Positions 38,807-47,831 are shown, counted from the stretch's first letter. The stretch: 64,000 bases of DNA from a virus (IMGVR_UViG_3300028797_000096:77860-141859), one strand, 5' to 3'. Numbers and translations are program-made. Notes: a model not told the origin generated them from the letters alone.

Positions 38807-39006
38807 TGGAATATGAAGTTATAGATTTAGAAGAAGCACTAAAATTACTTATACAAGGAAAATATGTATATTATCCAAGTATATATGGTACAGTCTTAAT
38901 GCAACAAATAGATCCAGAATATTGTCCTAAAGATTCTTCTTGGTCTGAGATAGCAAATTTATTATATTATAATCCATTATATAAAAGAGTATATAAGGAG
39001 GATTAA
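38806..39006 (+). CDS. hypothetical protein
   Basis: 66-aa ORF. Confidence 0.4.
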   Translation: MEYEVIDLEEALKLLIQGKYVYYPSIYGTVLMQQIDPEYCPKDSSWSEIANLLYYNPLYKRVYKED

Positions 39007-39390
39007 ATGATTAGATGGTATAAAGGAACAGATCCAGTAGAACCAGATGAAAGTAAACAGATATTGTTTTATGCTGGAGGTAGTTCGTTACCTTATCTTG
39101 GATTTTATTATAAGCATAGTGATAGATTTGGTGATTGGAAAGCAGAAGATGTACAAAAATGGCAATATATAGAAGAGATATTAAGTTTAGCTAATCAAGC
39201 TCCAGAAAAAAGATATACTTTTAGTGCTATGAGTTTAGGCTCAAAGCTTTATCCAATGAAAGTAGAAGGTCCGGGCTCAACAGATTATTGGTGGACAGAT
39301 AAAATAGAAGAAGCTATGACTTGGCCAGAAAAAGAAATGGTAGAAATTATTGCTAATGAATATTGTGATACAGAAATAGTAGAGATATAG
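39007..39390 (+). CDS. hypothetical protein
   Basis: 127-aa ORF, SD aaggagg. Confidence 0.5.
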   Translation: MIRWYKGTDPVEPDESKQILFYAGGSSLPYLGFYYKHSDRFGDWKAEDVQKWQYIEEILSLANQAPEKRYTFSAMSLGSKLYPMKVEGPGSTDYWWTDKIEEAMTWPEKEMVEIIANEYCDTEIVEI

Positions 39391-39392
39391 TA

Positions 39393-39623
39393 ATGACTTG
39401 TTTAAAAGATATTAAATATTTAACTAAAAAGAAGGTTTTATCTTTACAACCGATATATTATGCACAGCCGGGTTTAAATATCGGGAATAAAAGAGGAAAA
39501 TGGTCTGTAATAAAATTAGAAGGTGAAAAATTAGAAAAGGCACTTGATAACTATTTATTATATAATGATTATTTATGTTTTACTACAGAAAAAGAAGCTT
39601 TAGATTTAATAAAAGGAAAATAA
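39393..39623 (+). CDS. hypothetical protein
   Basis: 76-aa ORF. Confidence 0.45.
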   Translation: MTCLKDIKYLTKKKVLSLQPIYYAQPGLNIGNKRGKWSVIKLEGEKLEKALDNYLLYNDYLCFTTEKEALDLIKGK

Positions 39624-39660
39624 AAAATTGGAATACATAGAATAACTTCGGAGTAATAAA

Positions 39661-40053
39661 ATGAAAAAGTTTTTACAAAATTGGTGGAATAAAATAGATA
39701 ATATTCTTTATTTTCAATTTGTTTTTTCATACAGGTATATTAGTATATCTTTGAAAATTTTTGATTTAGGATTTAATTTTTCATTTTATTTACCGATTAC
39801 GTTATATAAGTTTAGGCAGATAGATTTTATAGATTATAATTCAAAAGTAAAAAATAACAAAAGATATTTACAGCAATTATCTTTAAGTGATAGTTGTCAT
39901 ACAGGCATTGAAATAGATATACCAAAACCAATTGGTCATCATGGTTTGACATTTGAGATTGCCCTGCTTGGTTTGTTTTATATATTTAATTATTTTGATA
40001 TGCGGGAATGGGATTATAAAACAAATAGTTATAAAGAAGTAAAGGAGAAATAA
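39661..40053 (+). CDS. hypothetical protein
   Basis: 130-aa ORF, SD ggagtaataaaATG. Confidence 0.45.
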   Translation: MKKFLQNWWNKIDNILYFQFVFSYRYISISLKIFDLGFNFSFYLPITLYKFRQIDFIDYNSKVKNNKRYLQQLSLSDSCHTGIEIDIPKPIGHHGLTFEIALLGLFYIFNYFDMREWDYKTNSYKEVKEK

Positions 40054-40683
40054 ATGGGATATAGAAATTATTTTGCTGTTATAGAAAAAGAAGAAGCTGA
40101 TAAAATTTTGAATTTATCTCACGAAGAACAAATGAAACTTACTGCAAAGCAAGTAAGAGAAGAATGGTCTGGTTGTAGTGATGAAGAAGAAATAGTTGCT
40201 AAGTATTTAAAAGATGATGTAGTAAATACCTATGCACTTAGAAATTATTTAAAACCAGAAGAAATAGTAGAATGTGGTAAATATTTTGATTATGATGTTG
40301 CACAAAAAATAAAAGAAGATTGTAGAGACTATTCAGATGAAGATACTGAATTTTGTATAGTTAAACCAGAAGCTTTATTGATTTGTGCAGATTTTTATAG
40401 AAATAATACTGTTAAATATTATGAATCTGTGATTAGATCTTTTGATATGACTGATGAAGAATGTTTAGAAGATAAAGATATGGGTTACCGTAGACCTAAT
40501 TTAGTATCAGCTTTTCGTCATCAAATATATGATTTGAAAGCATTAAAAATAGATAAAGAATCAGTATTAAAGCATAAAACATTGATAGATACTTGGGAAT
40601 ATGAATATGATATGTTTAATATGTTGCATATGTATAAGAATATAGATTGGGATAAATATTATTTAATTTGGCAAGGTTATTAA
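40054..40683 (+). CDS. hypothetical acidic protein
   Basis: 209-aa ORF. Confidence 0.5.
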   Translation: MGYRNYFAVIEKEEADKILNLSHEEQMKLTAKQVREEWSGCSDEEEIVAKYLKDDVVNTYALRNYLKPEEIVECGKYFDYDVAQKIKEDCRDYSDEDTEFCIVKPEALLICADFYRNNTVKYYESVIRSFDMTDEECLEDKDMGYRRPNLVSAFRHQIYDLKALKIDKESVLKHKTLIDTWEYEYDMFNMLHMYKNIDWDKYYLIWQGY

Positions 40684-40684
40684 A

Positions 40685-40879
40685 ATGAAACGCTTTTTAG
40701 TATTATTTTTAATGACTTCTTTGTGTTTAGGCTGTAGTTTACCGACACCTGGAGTAAAACCTACGCCTTATACAAATGATAATTTACAAGAAAGTGATAT
40801 AAATAGAGATAATTTAGATGTAGAGTATAAAATCCCTATAGATATACTTATATGGGCAACTGAAAAAACTATAAAATAA
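40685..40879 (+). CDS. small lipoprotein
   Basis: lipobox LCLGCS. Confidence 0.5.
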   Translation: MKRFLVLFLMTSLCLGCSLPTPGVKPTPYTNDNLQESDINRDNLDVEYKIPIDILIWATEKTIK

Positions 40880-40903
40880 AGGTCATTTTGATGGCCTTTT
40901 TTA
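40879..40903 (+). terminator. rho-independent terminator
   Basis: AAGGTCAT-tttg-ATGGCCTT then TTTTATT (one mismatch in the stem), followed by GCTTTAC promoter. Confidence 0.55.
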
Positions 40904-40905
40904 TT

Positions 40906-40935
40906 GCTTTACTATTATAATAAATAGTTTATAAT
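40906..40935 (+). promoter_or_regulatory. phage promoter GCTTTAC-N17-TATAAT
   Basis: ttattGCTTTACtattataataaatagttTATAAT. Confidence 0.5.
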
Positions 40936-40957
40936 AATATAATAAAAGAGGTAAAAA

Positions 40958-41434
40958 ATGAAAAAGCAAAAGTTACCAAACGATTTAATTAAGAACATTT
41001 GTATGATTAATTCTACAAGTGGGTTGTTTCAATGTATGGATGAATGCGCTAATAATCCAGAATTTAATTTTGAAAATCCATTTGATAAAAAAGTATATAG
41101 TTTTTCAATTAATGATTGGTTAGATATGCATTTTATTATTACCAAAGAAACAAGTACTCCGGCTTTTCCGGTTTATTTAGATATTAGTACATGTACAGAT
41201 ATTAAACAATTAATATATCAATTATTAAATTCTAAAGAAGATACAATTGATTATACTATTTTAACACTTTCTTTTTGGAAAAGAGCTAGTAAAGAGGTTG
41301 TAAAAGAATATGGGTTATTTGGTGATGATCCAGTATTTTATCAAGGTTTAAAAGTAACAAGATGGTTTGTACCTAATATAAAAAATTATCAAATACCTAC
41401 TGATGAAATGATAAATTCAGTTAAAAGGATATAG
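40958..41434 (+). CDS. hypothetical protein
   Basis: 158 aa; terminator plus GCTTTAC promoter upstream. Confidence 0.5.
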   Translation: MKKQKLPNDLIKNICMINSTSGLFQCMDECANNPEFNFENPFDKKVYSFSINDWLDMHFIITKETSTPAFPVYLDISTCTDIKQLIYQLLNSKEDTIDYTILTLSFWKRASKEVVKEYGLFGDDPVFYQGLKVTRWFVPNIKNYQIPTDEMINSVKRI

Positions 41435-41436
41435 TT

Positions 41437-42051
41437 ATGAAAAATAAAACAATATTATGGTTATTATTAATTTTTTGGGCAGCGATATTTTTTGTTGCAG
41501 GAATTATAAATGCTAAAGCAGAAAATTGGGTTACTTCACCAAGTAAAATGTATATGCCAGGAAATATTTATAATACAGCAATTATAAATAGTACAAATAC
41601 TGTAAATACTACTTCTAATAATAAATTTGATAGTTGTAAAAATCCAGGTACAGTAAGAAAAATTATAGTAGATAAATCTGATAAAACTTTACAGCTTTTA
41701 GATGTTAATGGATGTATAGTTAAACAATATGATAATATTCGTTTAGGTAAAAATGAAGGACCAAAGCATTGTGAAGGTGATTCTAAAACACCAGAAGGTA
41801 TTTATCATATTATAGAAAAAAGAAATTCTAAGTATGTTAAATTTTTAGCCTTGGATTATCCACAAGCTAAAGATATTAAAAAAGCAAAAGAATTAGGATG
41901 TAAACCAGGTGATTCGATTGGTATTCATAGTTGGATTGAAGGTTTACCAAAAGAAGGTTCACAAGGTTGTATTACTGTATGGACTAAAAAAGATATTCTT
42001 GAAATTAATGATTTAGTTAGTGTAGGTACTGAAGTAGAAATTAGGAAATAA
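41437..42051 (+). CDS. secreted L,D-transpeptidase (YkuD)-like protein
   Basis: signal/TM N-terminus; GDSIGIHSWIEGLPKEGSQGCITVW resembles the YkuD His..Ser.Gly-Cys catalytic region. Confidence 0.45.
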   Translation: MKNKTILWLLLIFWAAIFFVAGIINAKAENWVTSPSKMYMPGNIYNTAIINSTNTVNTTSNNKFDSCKNPGTVRKIIVDKSDKTLQLLDVNGCIVKQYDNIRLGKNEGPKHCEGDSKTPEGIYHIIEKRNSKYVKFLALDYPQAKDIKKAKELGCKPGDSIGIHSWIEGLPKEGSQGCITVWTKKDILEINDLVSVGTEVEIRK

Positions 42052-42054
42052 CTA

Positions 42055-42384
42055 ATGCAAACTAATAGTGAAAAATTTACCATATGGAAACGACAGTTTG
42101 AAGATGAGATTAGTACTTATTTAAATACTGTTTGTGAAAAATTAAGACTTACAATGAGTATTAGTTGTAATGGTAAATATAATATTGATATTCAAGTATT
42201 TGGAGTAAAAGATAAACTTGACTATTTATTAAAAACAGTTAAAGATCATAAAGTGTGTACATATCTTACTATGGAAAATATTGATAGCCAAATATCACCA
42301 TATATGGCAATGACTTTGCATTTTAAAGAAAAAACAGAAAAAGAATTAAAAGCTAAACTTACTCTGTTAAAAATTTTAATTTAA
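42055..42384 (+). CDS. hypothetical protein
   Basis: 109-aa ORF. Confidence 0.45.
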   Translation: MQTNSEKFTIWKRQFEDEISTYLNTVCEKLRLTMSISCNGKYNIDIQVFGVKDKLDYLLKTVKDHKVCTYLTMENIDSQISPYMAMTLHFKEKTEKELKAKLTLLKILI

Positions 42385-42451
42385 ATTAGAAATTTTAATT
42401 TTACTTTTTTCTTTTTTTATGTTATATTTTTAATATAAAAAAGGAGAAAAG

Positions 42452-42817
42452 ATGCCTAAGAAAAATTTTCAATATAAGCAGCTTTCTGAGGATGTCTGGT
42501 ATACAGATAGTTTGAAAGGTTGGTTCATCGTTAAGGATAAGCAAGTATATGTTTTAAAGAAAGGTTCTATTATAAGTGATGATATGATTGAATTTGGAAC
42601 CAAGATATTTAGAACATATCAAAGACTTGCTGATGCTAAGGTGGGACTTGAAAATCTTCTACGAGATAGAGTAGAAATGATAAAGAAGCAGGAGGACCTT
42701 TTCAATGAATTACAAAAAAATAATAAAATCGATAAAAAAGAAAATCAAACGAGTATTGACTACGGACAATTGGATAAAGAAGCCGAAAGACTTAAAGCGA
42801 AATGGGGGCTTAGGTAA
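42452..42817 (+). CDS. hypothetical protein
   Basis: 121 aa; overlaps next ORF by 113 nt across poly-A tracts. Confidence 0.45.
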   Translation: MPKKNFQYKQLSEDVWYTDSLKGWFIVKDKQVYVLKKGSIISDDMIEFGTKIFRTYQRLADAKVGLENLLRDRVEMIKKQEDLFNELQKNNKIDKKENQTSIDYGQLDKEAERLKAKWGLR

Positions 42818-43130
42818 AGAATATATAATTGTTAATAAAAATAATTTTACAGAAGTTATTTTAAATCATTTAACAAGACATTTATATGATATAACCGTAA
42901 CATTTAAAGGATTGGATTTTTATGAATTAAATCTTTTAATTTGGGGTGATGAAATGCATAATCTTAGAAAGCTTTTACCTTTTGGAATTAAAATAGAGGA
43001 TATAACAAGTACAAAAAAAGAATATACAATAATAGTAGTAGAATTATCAAAAGATTTAAAAGAAGCATATATACAATTAGATAAAACAAATTTTCTTCTT
43101 TATGTAAAGAATTTGTTAAAAGGATATTAA
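42705..43130 (+). CDS. hypothetical protein (start uncertain, possible frameshift fusion with previous ORF)
   Basis: 141-aa ORF in another frame overlapping 42452..42817; A-rich homopolymers at 42712-42745. Confidence 0.4.
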   Translation: MNYKKIIKSIKKKIKRVLTTDNWIKKPKDLKRNGGLGKEYIIVNKNNFTEVILNHLTRHLYDITVTFKGLDFYELNLLIWGDEMHNLRKLLPFGIKIEDITSTKKEYTIIVVELSKDLKEAYIQLDKTNFLLYVKNLLKGY

Positions 43131-43131
43131 T

Positions 43132-43614
43132 ATGGCAATAAGAGAAATAGTTAATCAAGATAATGAAATTCTTCGTAAAATTGCAGATCCAATAATAGAA
43201 TCTGATAGGGTTGATATTTCTCTTGAAAATTTAATTTATGATATGGTTCAAACTGTAAAAAGTGTAGATGGTGCGGGTTTAGCAGCACCTCAAGTAGGAA
43301 TATCTAAAAGAGTTATTGTTGTAAAAGATATAAATAAAGAAGGAAATTTTTTCGAAATGATTAACCCTGAAATTATTTGGACATCTTTTGATAAGCAATA
43401 TGAATTTGAAGGTTGTTTAAGTGTATTAGGAAAAGATGGTAAACCTATTCATGAAAGAGTAGAGAGATATAAAAGGATAAGAGTTAAATGGGAAGATGTT
43501 GATGGCAATTTACATGAAGAATTAATCAAAGATCCGTTAACGAGTAGAATTATACAGCATGAAACTGATCATTTAAATGGAAAGTTGTTTACAGACTATT
43601 TACAAAAGGAGTAA
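43132..43614 (+). CDS. def: peptide deformylase
   Basis: all three PDF motifs: GAGLAAPQVG, EGCLSV, QHETDHLNG. Confidence 0.85.
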   Translation: MAIREIVNQDNEILRKIADPIIESDRVDISLENLIYDMVQTVKSVDGAGLAAPQVGISKRVIVVKDINKEGNFFEMINPEIIWTSFDKQYEFEGCLSVLGKDGKPIHERVERYKRIRVKWEDVDGNLHEELIKDPLTSRIIQHETDHLNGKLFTDYLQKE

Positions 43615-43617
43615 TAT

Positions 43618-44217
43618 ATGTCAGAAATGTTACATTGTTGTGATAAAGATTTGAATACTATTCAACCTTATGATAGAGATGTAGTACATAAAGAAGGTAT
43701 TTGGCATAAGACTTCTCATGTATGGTTTTATGATCGAGAAGGATATGTATATTTCCAAGTAAGAGCGGATGCAGATAAATTATATACTACTGCTTCTGGA
43801 CATGTATTAGCGGGTGAAGATCCTAAAATGACAGCTTATAGAGAAACAGCAGAAGAAATAGGTATAAATATAAATACAAATAATTTAGAATTAATAGAAA
43901 TAGATAGCTGGAAATCAGATACAGAAACTAAGCATGATCATGCATATGCTTATATTTATTTATATGAAATTGCAGCAGGATTTATTGGTTTTAGCGTTAA
44001 TACTACAGAAGTAACTGATATTATTAAGATTAAAGCCGAAGATTTATTAGGATATTTATTAGGTTTACCATTTGAATGTGATCAATATTCGATTTGGGAA
44101 AGAAAGAATTTAAAACATAAAAAAGATTTGTTATTAATGAATGGTGAAGTTGGTATATTAAAATATGGTAGAATATTACAAGCTATACATAATAGGACTA
44201 AAAAAGAGGACAAATAG
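43618..44217 (+). CDS. Nudix hydrolase
   Basis: Nudix box GHVLAGEDPKMTAYRETAEEIGI. Confidence 0.7.
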   Translation: MSEMLHCCDKDLNTIQPYDRDVVHKEGIWHKTSHVWFYDREGYVYFQVRADADKLYTTASGHVLAGEDPKMTAYRETAEEIGININTNNLELIEIDSWKSDTETKHDHAYAYIYLYEIAAGFIGFSVNTTEVTDIIKIKAEDLLGYLLGLPFECDQYSIWERKNLKHKKDLLLMNGEVGILKYGRILQAIHNRTKKEDK

Positions 44218-44219
44218 GT

Positions 44220-44876
44220 ATGCATAATTACAAATTTGGTGTTACACCTGCCGAATTAAAAGAAGCAAGAAAACTTATTATTCAAGATATTAAATCTAAT
44301 AATAAAGTTAATAATCCTATTTGTAATATGACTCTTCAAGATTATTTTGATATAATTAAAGAATGTGTATTGGGTTCCTGTGATGAAAATGGTATAATAA
44401 CTGATCCATATACTGGTTGTTGGTATAGTGAATCAAAAAGACAAGATATGAGAAAACTATCATCTATAGAAGTTGCTAAAGCTTGGATGGATGGTAGAGG
44501 TTTATTTACTGAACATTTTAATTCTCAATTATGGGCTGATGAAAAACATCAAGGTAATTGGGATAATATAGGTCAACATGACCAAAATCAATGGTATCAT
44601 GAAGATAGACTAAATGATCCATTATGGTTTAAAGAATGTGTTCAAGTTATAGGTCATGCTGGACATCCTACAGAAATGGTAACATGCGGTAATTTTAATC
44701 CTTATGAATATGAACCAAATAAATGGTGTATGAGATTTGGAACCTTTAGTAGGAGTAGTTATTATATGCTTAAAGGTTATCTATATATGAAAAAGAAAGG
44801 TATATCGGTTTTTATAGATGGTGCTAAAGAATATCTTACAATTAAACAAAAAGGAAAATTAAATGGCAAATATTAA
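44220..44876 (+). CDS. hypothetical protein
   Basis: 218-aa ORF, Trp/His-rich. Confidence 0.5.
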   Translation: MHNYKFGVTPAELKEARKLIIQDIKSNNKVNNPICNMTLQDYFDIIKECVLGSCDENGIITDPYTGCWYSESKRQDMRKLSSIEVAKAWMDGRGLFTEHFNSQLWADEKHQGNWDNIGQHDQNQWYHEDRLNDPLWFKECVQVIGHAGHPTEMVTCGNFNPYEYEPNKWCMRFGTFSRSSYYMLKGYLYMKKKGISVFIDGAKEYLTIKQKGKLNGKY

Positions 44877-45084
44877 AGCAAATGCATATGCAGCGGAAAG
44901 ATGTAAAACCCCATTGTTTAAACATGAAGATAGAAGATGGCATGTTGATTATGTTGAAAACGATAAATGGACAGAGAAATCTTTTATGGACCCAGAAAAA
45001 GCATATGAATTTTATTTGAGTATTTTTCATAAATTAGAAAAAGAATATACAAGAAAAAATAGAGAAGGTAAAGGTAGTAGATAA
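44863..45084 (+). CDS. hypothetical protein
   Basis: 73-aa ORF. Confidence 0.45.
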   Translation: MANIKANAYAAERCKTPLFKHEDRRWHVDYVENDKWTEKSFMDPEKAYEFYLSIFHKLEKEYTRKNREGKGSR

Positions 45085-45482
45085 TGGATAAAATACCAGC
45101 AATTTTTTGTGATATAGATGGTGTAGTTACGCATAAATTTGCTATTCCTAATTATGATCATTTTGGTGAACCTAATGAAAAGATGATATCTGTAATCGAA
45201 CAGCTTGGTCAAAAGTTTACTATCGTATTCATTACAGGTCGTTGGGCTATGGGTCAAGAAAAAGTAGAAAAATTACTTAATGAACTATTTCCAAATATTA
45301 AAAAGAAAGTATTTTGTAAACCACATGATTACCCCGGTACTACTGCTGAATTTAAACTCGATATGATTAAAAAGTTAGAAGAAAAAGGCTATGAGTTTAA
45401 TTTAGGCTTAGATGATCACAGCGCAGTAGTTGGTTTAATGCATAATCATGGTATATTTATGGCACAAGTATTATCAGATTAA
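45084..45482 (+). CDS. HAD-superfamily phosphatase
   Basis: motif I FCDIDGVVT (DxDGV) at N-terminus. Confidence 0.55.
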   Translation: MDKIPAIFCDIDGVVTHKFAIPNYDHFGEPNEKMISVIEQLGQKFTIVFITGRWAMGQEKVEKLLNELFPNIKKKVFCKPHDYPGTTAEFKLDMIKKLEEKGYEFNLGLDDHSAVVGLMHNHGIFMAQVLSD

Positions 45483-45496
45483 AACAGAAAATAAAT

Positions 45497-45527
45497 GCTT
45501 TACTTTTAAGAAAAATAGTTCTATAAT
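45497..45527 (+). promoter_or_regulatory. phage promoter GCTTTAC-N18-TATAAT
   Basis: aatGCTTTACttttaagaaaaatagttcTATAAT. Confidence 0.5.
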
Positions 45528-45641
45528 ATAATTATTGTAAAAAAATAAGAAAGGGTTTATACGCTTTCCTCTGTTTTAATAAGGAGTTTTTGTGAATCGG
45601 TTAAATTCTCAATTTTAAATAAAATATTGAGGAGGTATAAA

Positions 45642-46127
45642 ATGAACATGGTTAATCCATCTGCGAATAAAATTATTTTGGGTAGTTATCCAGGTTTGGT
45701 ATCTAATTTACGTAGTGAGTATTATAGTCATCCAAATAATAGTTTTTGGACATTATTAAATATTCCTACTAAAGATAAAGATGATAACAAAATTTCTTAT
45801 ATAGAAAAAATAAAAAGGTTAGCAGAAAAAGATATTGGTGTATGGGATGTATTATCTGCTTGTTCTAGATTAGATAAAAATAATAAAGAAACAAGTCTAG
45901 ATAAAAATATATCTTTACAACAATATAATAATTTAGAAAAACTAATTAATAAAGATCTATATTTTAATGGACAAACTGCTTTTAAAGAATTTTCTAAAAT
46001 CGTAAAACAACAAAATTTATCATTTGATTTAGATAAATTACAAAAACATGTTTTACCTTCTAGCAGTGGTTTGTATAGAAATAATCTAGATAAAAGAAAA
46101 GAAATATGGAATAACTTTTTTAATTAG
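45642..46127 (+). CDS. hypothetical protein
   Basis: ATG 45642 with SD gaggagg preferred; ORF track start 45627 is TTG inside the SD. Confidence 0.5.
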   Translation: MNMVNPSANKIILGSYPGLVSNLRSEYYSHPNNSFWTLLNIPTKDKDDNKISYIEKIKRLAEKDIGVWDVLSACSRLDKNNKETSLDKNISLQQYNNLEKLINKDLYFNGQTAFKEFSKIVKQQNLSFDLDKLQKHVLPSSSGLYRNNLDKRKEIWNNFFN

Positions 46128-46135
46128 TAACTAAT

Positions 46136-46172
46136 GGGCGAGCGCCGGAGTCGGAGAGCCGGGGCAGACTGT
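46136..46172 (+). tRNA. tRNA-Tyr(GUA) exon 1 (intron-interrupted)
   Basis: GGGCGAG acceptor, CCGG D-stem, GCAGA anticodon stem, loop CUGU|; near-identical to E. coli tRNA-Tyr core (GCAGACTGTAAATCTGC) once spliced to exon 2. Confidence 0.65.
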
Positions 46173-46352
46173 AAAAAATTGCAGCCTTATATAGTAATAT
46201 ATAAGTGAAAATTTGGCTAAGTCGGGGAAAGCTAAGTTAAATGATATGCTAATCCCGAGCTAGGAGAAATCCGAGTGTAGAGACTTTACACCAGACATCT
46301 TATTGAGATGAAGAGAAAGTCCAGACTACAATGTGAAAACAATGTAGCAATG
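46173..46352 (+). ncRNA. group I intron (about 180 nt, ORF-less) in tRNA-Tyr anticodon loop
   Basis: inserted after U35; internal guide GCAG pairs with exon end CUGU with a U-G wobble at the splice site; shares GTGTAGAGACT and AAGTCCAGACTACAA blocks with the tRNA-Leu intron; ends in G before exon 2. Confidence 0.6.
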
Positions 46353-46402
46353 AAATCTGTTGTCTTATGACTGAGTTGGTTCGACTCCAACCTCTCCCAC
46401 CA
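46353..46402 (+). tRNA. tRNA-Tyr(GUA) exon 2
   Basis: AAA-TCTGT anticodon 3' half, 14-nt variable arm, GTTGG-TTCGACT-CCAAC T-arm, CTCTCCC-A-CCA. Confidence 0.65.
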
Positions 46403-47594
46403 CAAATGAAATCCTAGAACAACTGCTATGACATCTTAGTAATGTTATCAGCTCTAGGTAAAGATACAAGGGGATGAGTTAAATTCGACAGTATATTTTT
46501 ACTGGACTCGGTTTCAATACCGATATCTCCACCATAAAGTTTGGTGATATTTAGTTTATTACGAATAGAACATTTGGTACTAGACCAAAAGAAGCATAAG
46601 GGACATTGCAATATCACCGATACAGTTTACTAAATAATTACAAAAGATTATTTAATTGACTGGCATGATAAATGAACCAGCGAACGATAACTATAAATTA
46701 AGTGCAATAGCTGCTTGATTTAAATAAAGTTATCAATCGGAGCTGGGTAGAGCTTGGCAACAGAATCTACCAAATTTATTTGCGGGCTTAGCTCAAAAAG
46801 TATAGAAAAATATTTGGCTCGTGGGAATGCATAGTGTGTTCACCTGACTGTCACTCAGGAAATCAGATGGGGGCGGTACCCATACGAGTCGCCATAAAGT
46901 TTGGGTAAGTAGTGTGAAGTATAGCACACAGCACACTGGGCTGAAGTGTTAGGGGAAGTGCCTAACCAATAATCCCACCCTCAATTTAGCTGAGACTGCA
47001 GTAGTAGGCTAAATCCCTTGACTAACGTTCCTGGTCAGAACGATCGTCACTAGTCGATAGTAGTCGGAGTTTAATGCAGGTGTGACTTCGTTAGGTTAGG
47101 CCAACTAAATTCTGCATTTTTAATGTTTATACTTATTTCGAGTGAAATAGTCTCGAATGTATTGGTGTTCGACAATACAGCTTGCTGTAACAAGTCCAAG
47201 GGAAAGAATAGGAAACCTGAAAGAGCTCTAGTAAGGTGGAATTGGAAGTATAAATGTTTACTGTTGATATACTTTTATGTATATTAATTTCGGGTTTGAT
47301 AGGCCGGTTAGCTTGTACTCTTACAAGTCAGTGATCTAAATTCCGGGTCTTACTATCATTCTCCGCTTAAATTCCTATTAGCATTAGCTAGTATGGATTG
47401 CCAGAATGTAGAAATGCATTTTTGGTTTTTGGGGTAAAGTTTCAACTACTGATTGGACACCTCAATCCGAACATCACGGAGTTCAGCTAGTGATGCTCGA
47501 CTGAACATATTTCTGGGCCTTGACCAATGGTCGAGGATTTGCCGAGGCTTTTGGTGTTATTGAGCCATCGTAGAGAATCAAAACACCTTTATAT

Positions 47595-47669
47595 TGGCGT
47601 GTAGCTCAACGGCAGAGCTTTCGGCTGTTAACCGAATGGTTGTCCGTTCGAATCGGACCACGCCAGCCA
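47595..47669 (+). tRNA. tRNA-Asn(GUU)
   Basis: TGGCGTG/CACGCCA acceptor, anticodon loop CTGTTAA, GTCCG-TTCGAAT-CGGAC T-arm, encoded CCA. Confidence 0.85.
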
Positions 47670-47676
47670 TGTTTCT

Positions 47677-47751
47677 GGCCCCATCGTCTAATGGTTAGGA
47701 CACCGCCCTTTCAAGGCGAGAATCCCGGTTCAAATCCGAGTGGGGCTGCCA
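47677..47751 (+). tRNA. tRNA-Glu(UUC)
   Basis: GGCCCCA acceptor, anticodon loop CTTTCAA, GGTTCAAATCC T-loop, CCA. Confidence 0.75.
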
Positions 47752-47757
47752 ATTTAT

Positions 47758-47831
47758 TGGAGCATAGTTTAATGGTAGAACCCGGGATTTTGGTTCCCGT
47801 TATCTTGGTCCGAATCCAGGTGCTCCAACCA
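47758..47831 (+). tRNA. tRNA-Gln(UUG)
   Basis: TGGAGCA/TGCTCCA acceptor, anticodon stem CGGGA/TCCCG, loop TTTTGGT, CCA. Confidence 0.8.

Noticed and set aside
46136-46402. Possible tmRNA (long RNA ending in GGTTCGACTCC...CCA)
   Set aside because: No tag-peptide reading frame or tmRNA pseudoknots found; the ends reconstitute a near-canonical tRNA-Tyr and the insert shares sequence blocks with the group I intron in tRNA-Leu
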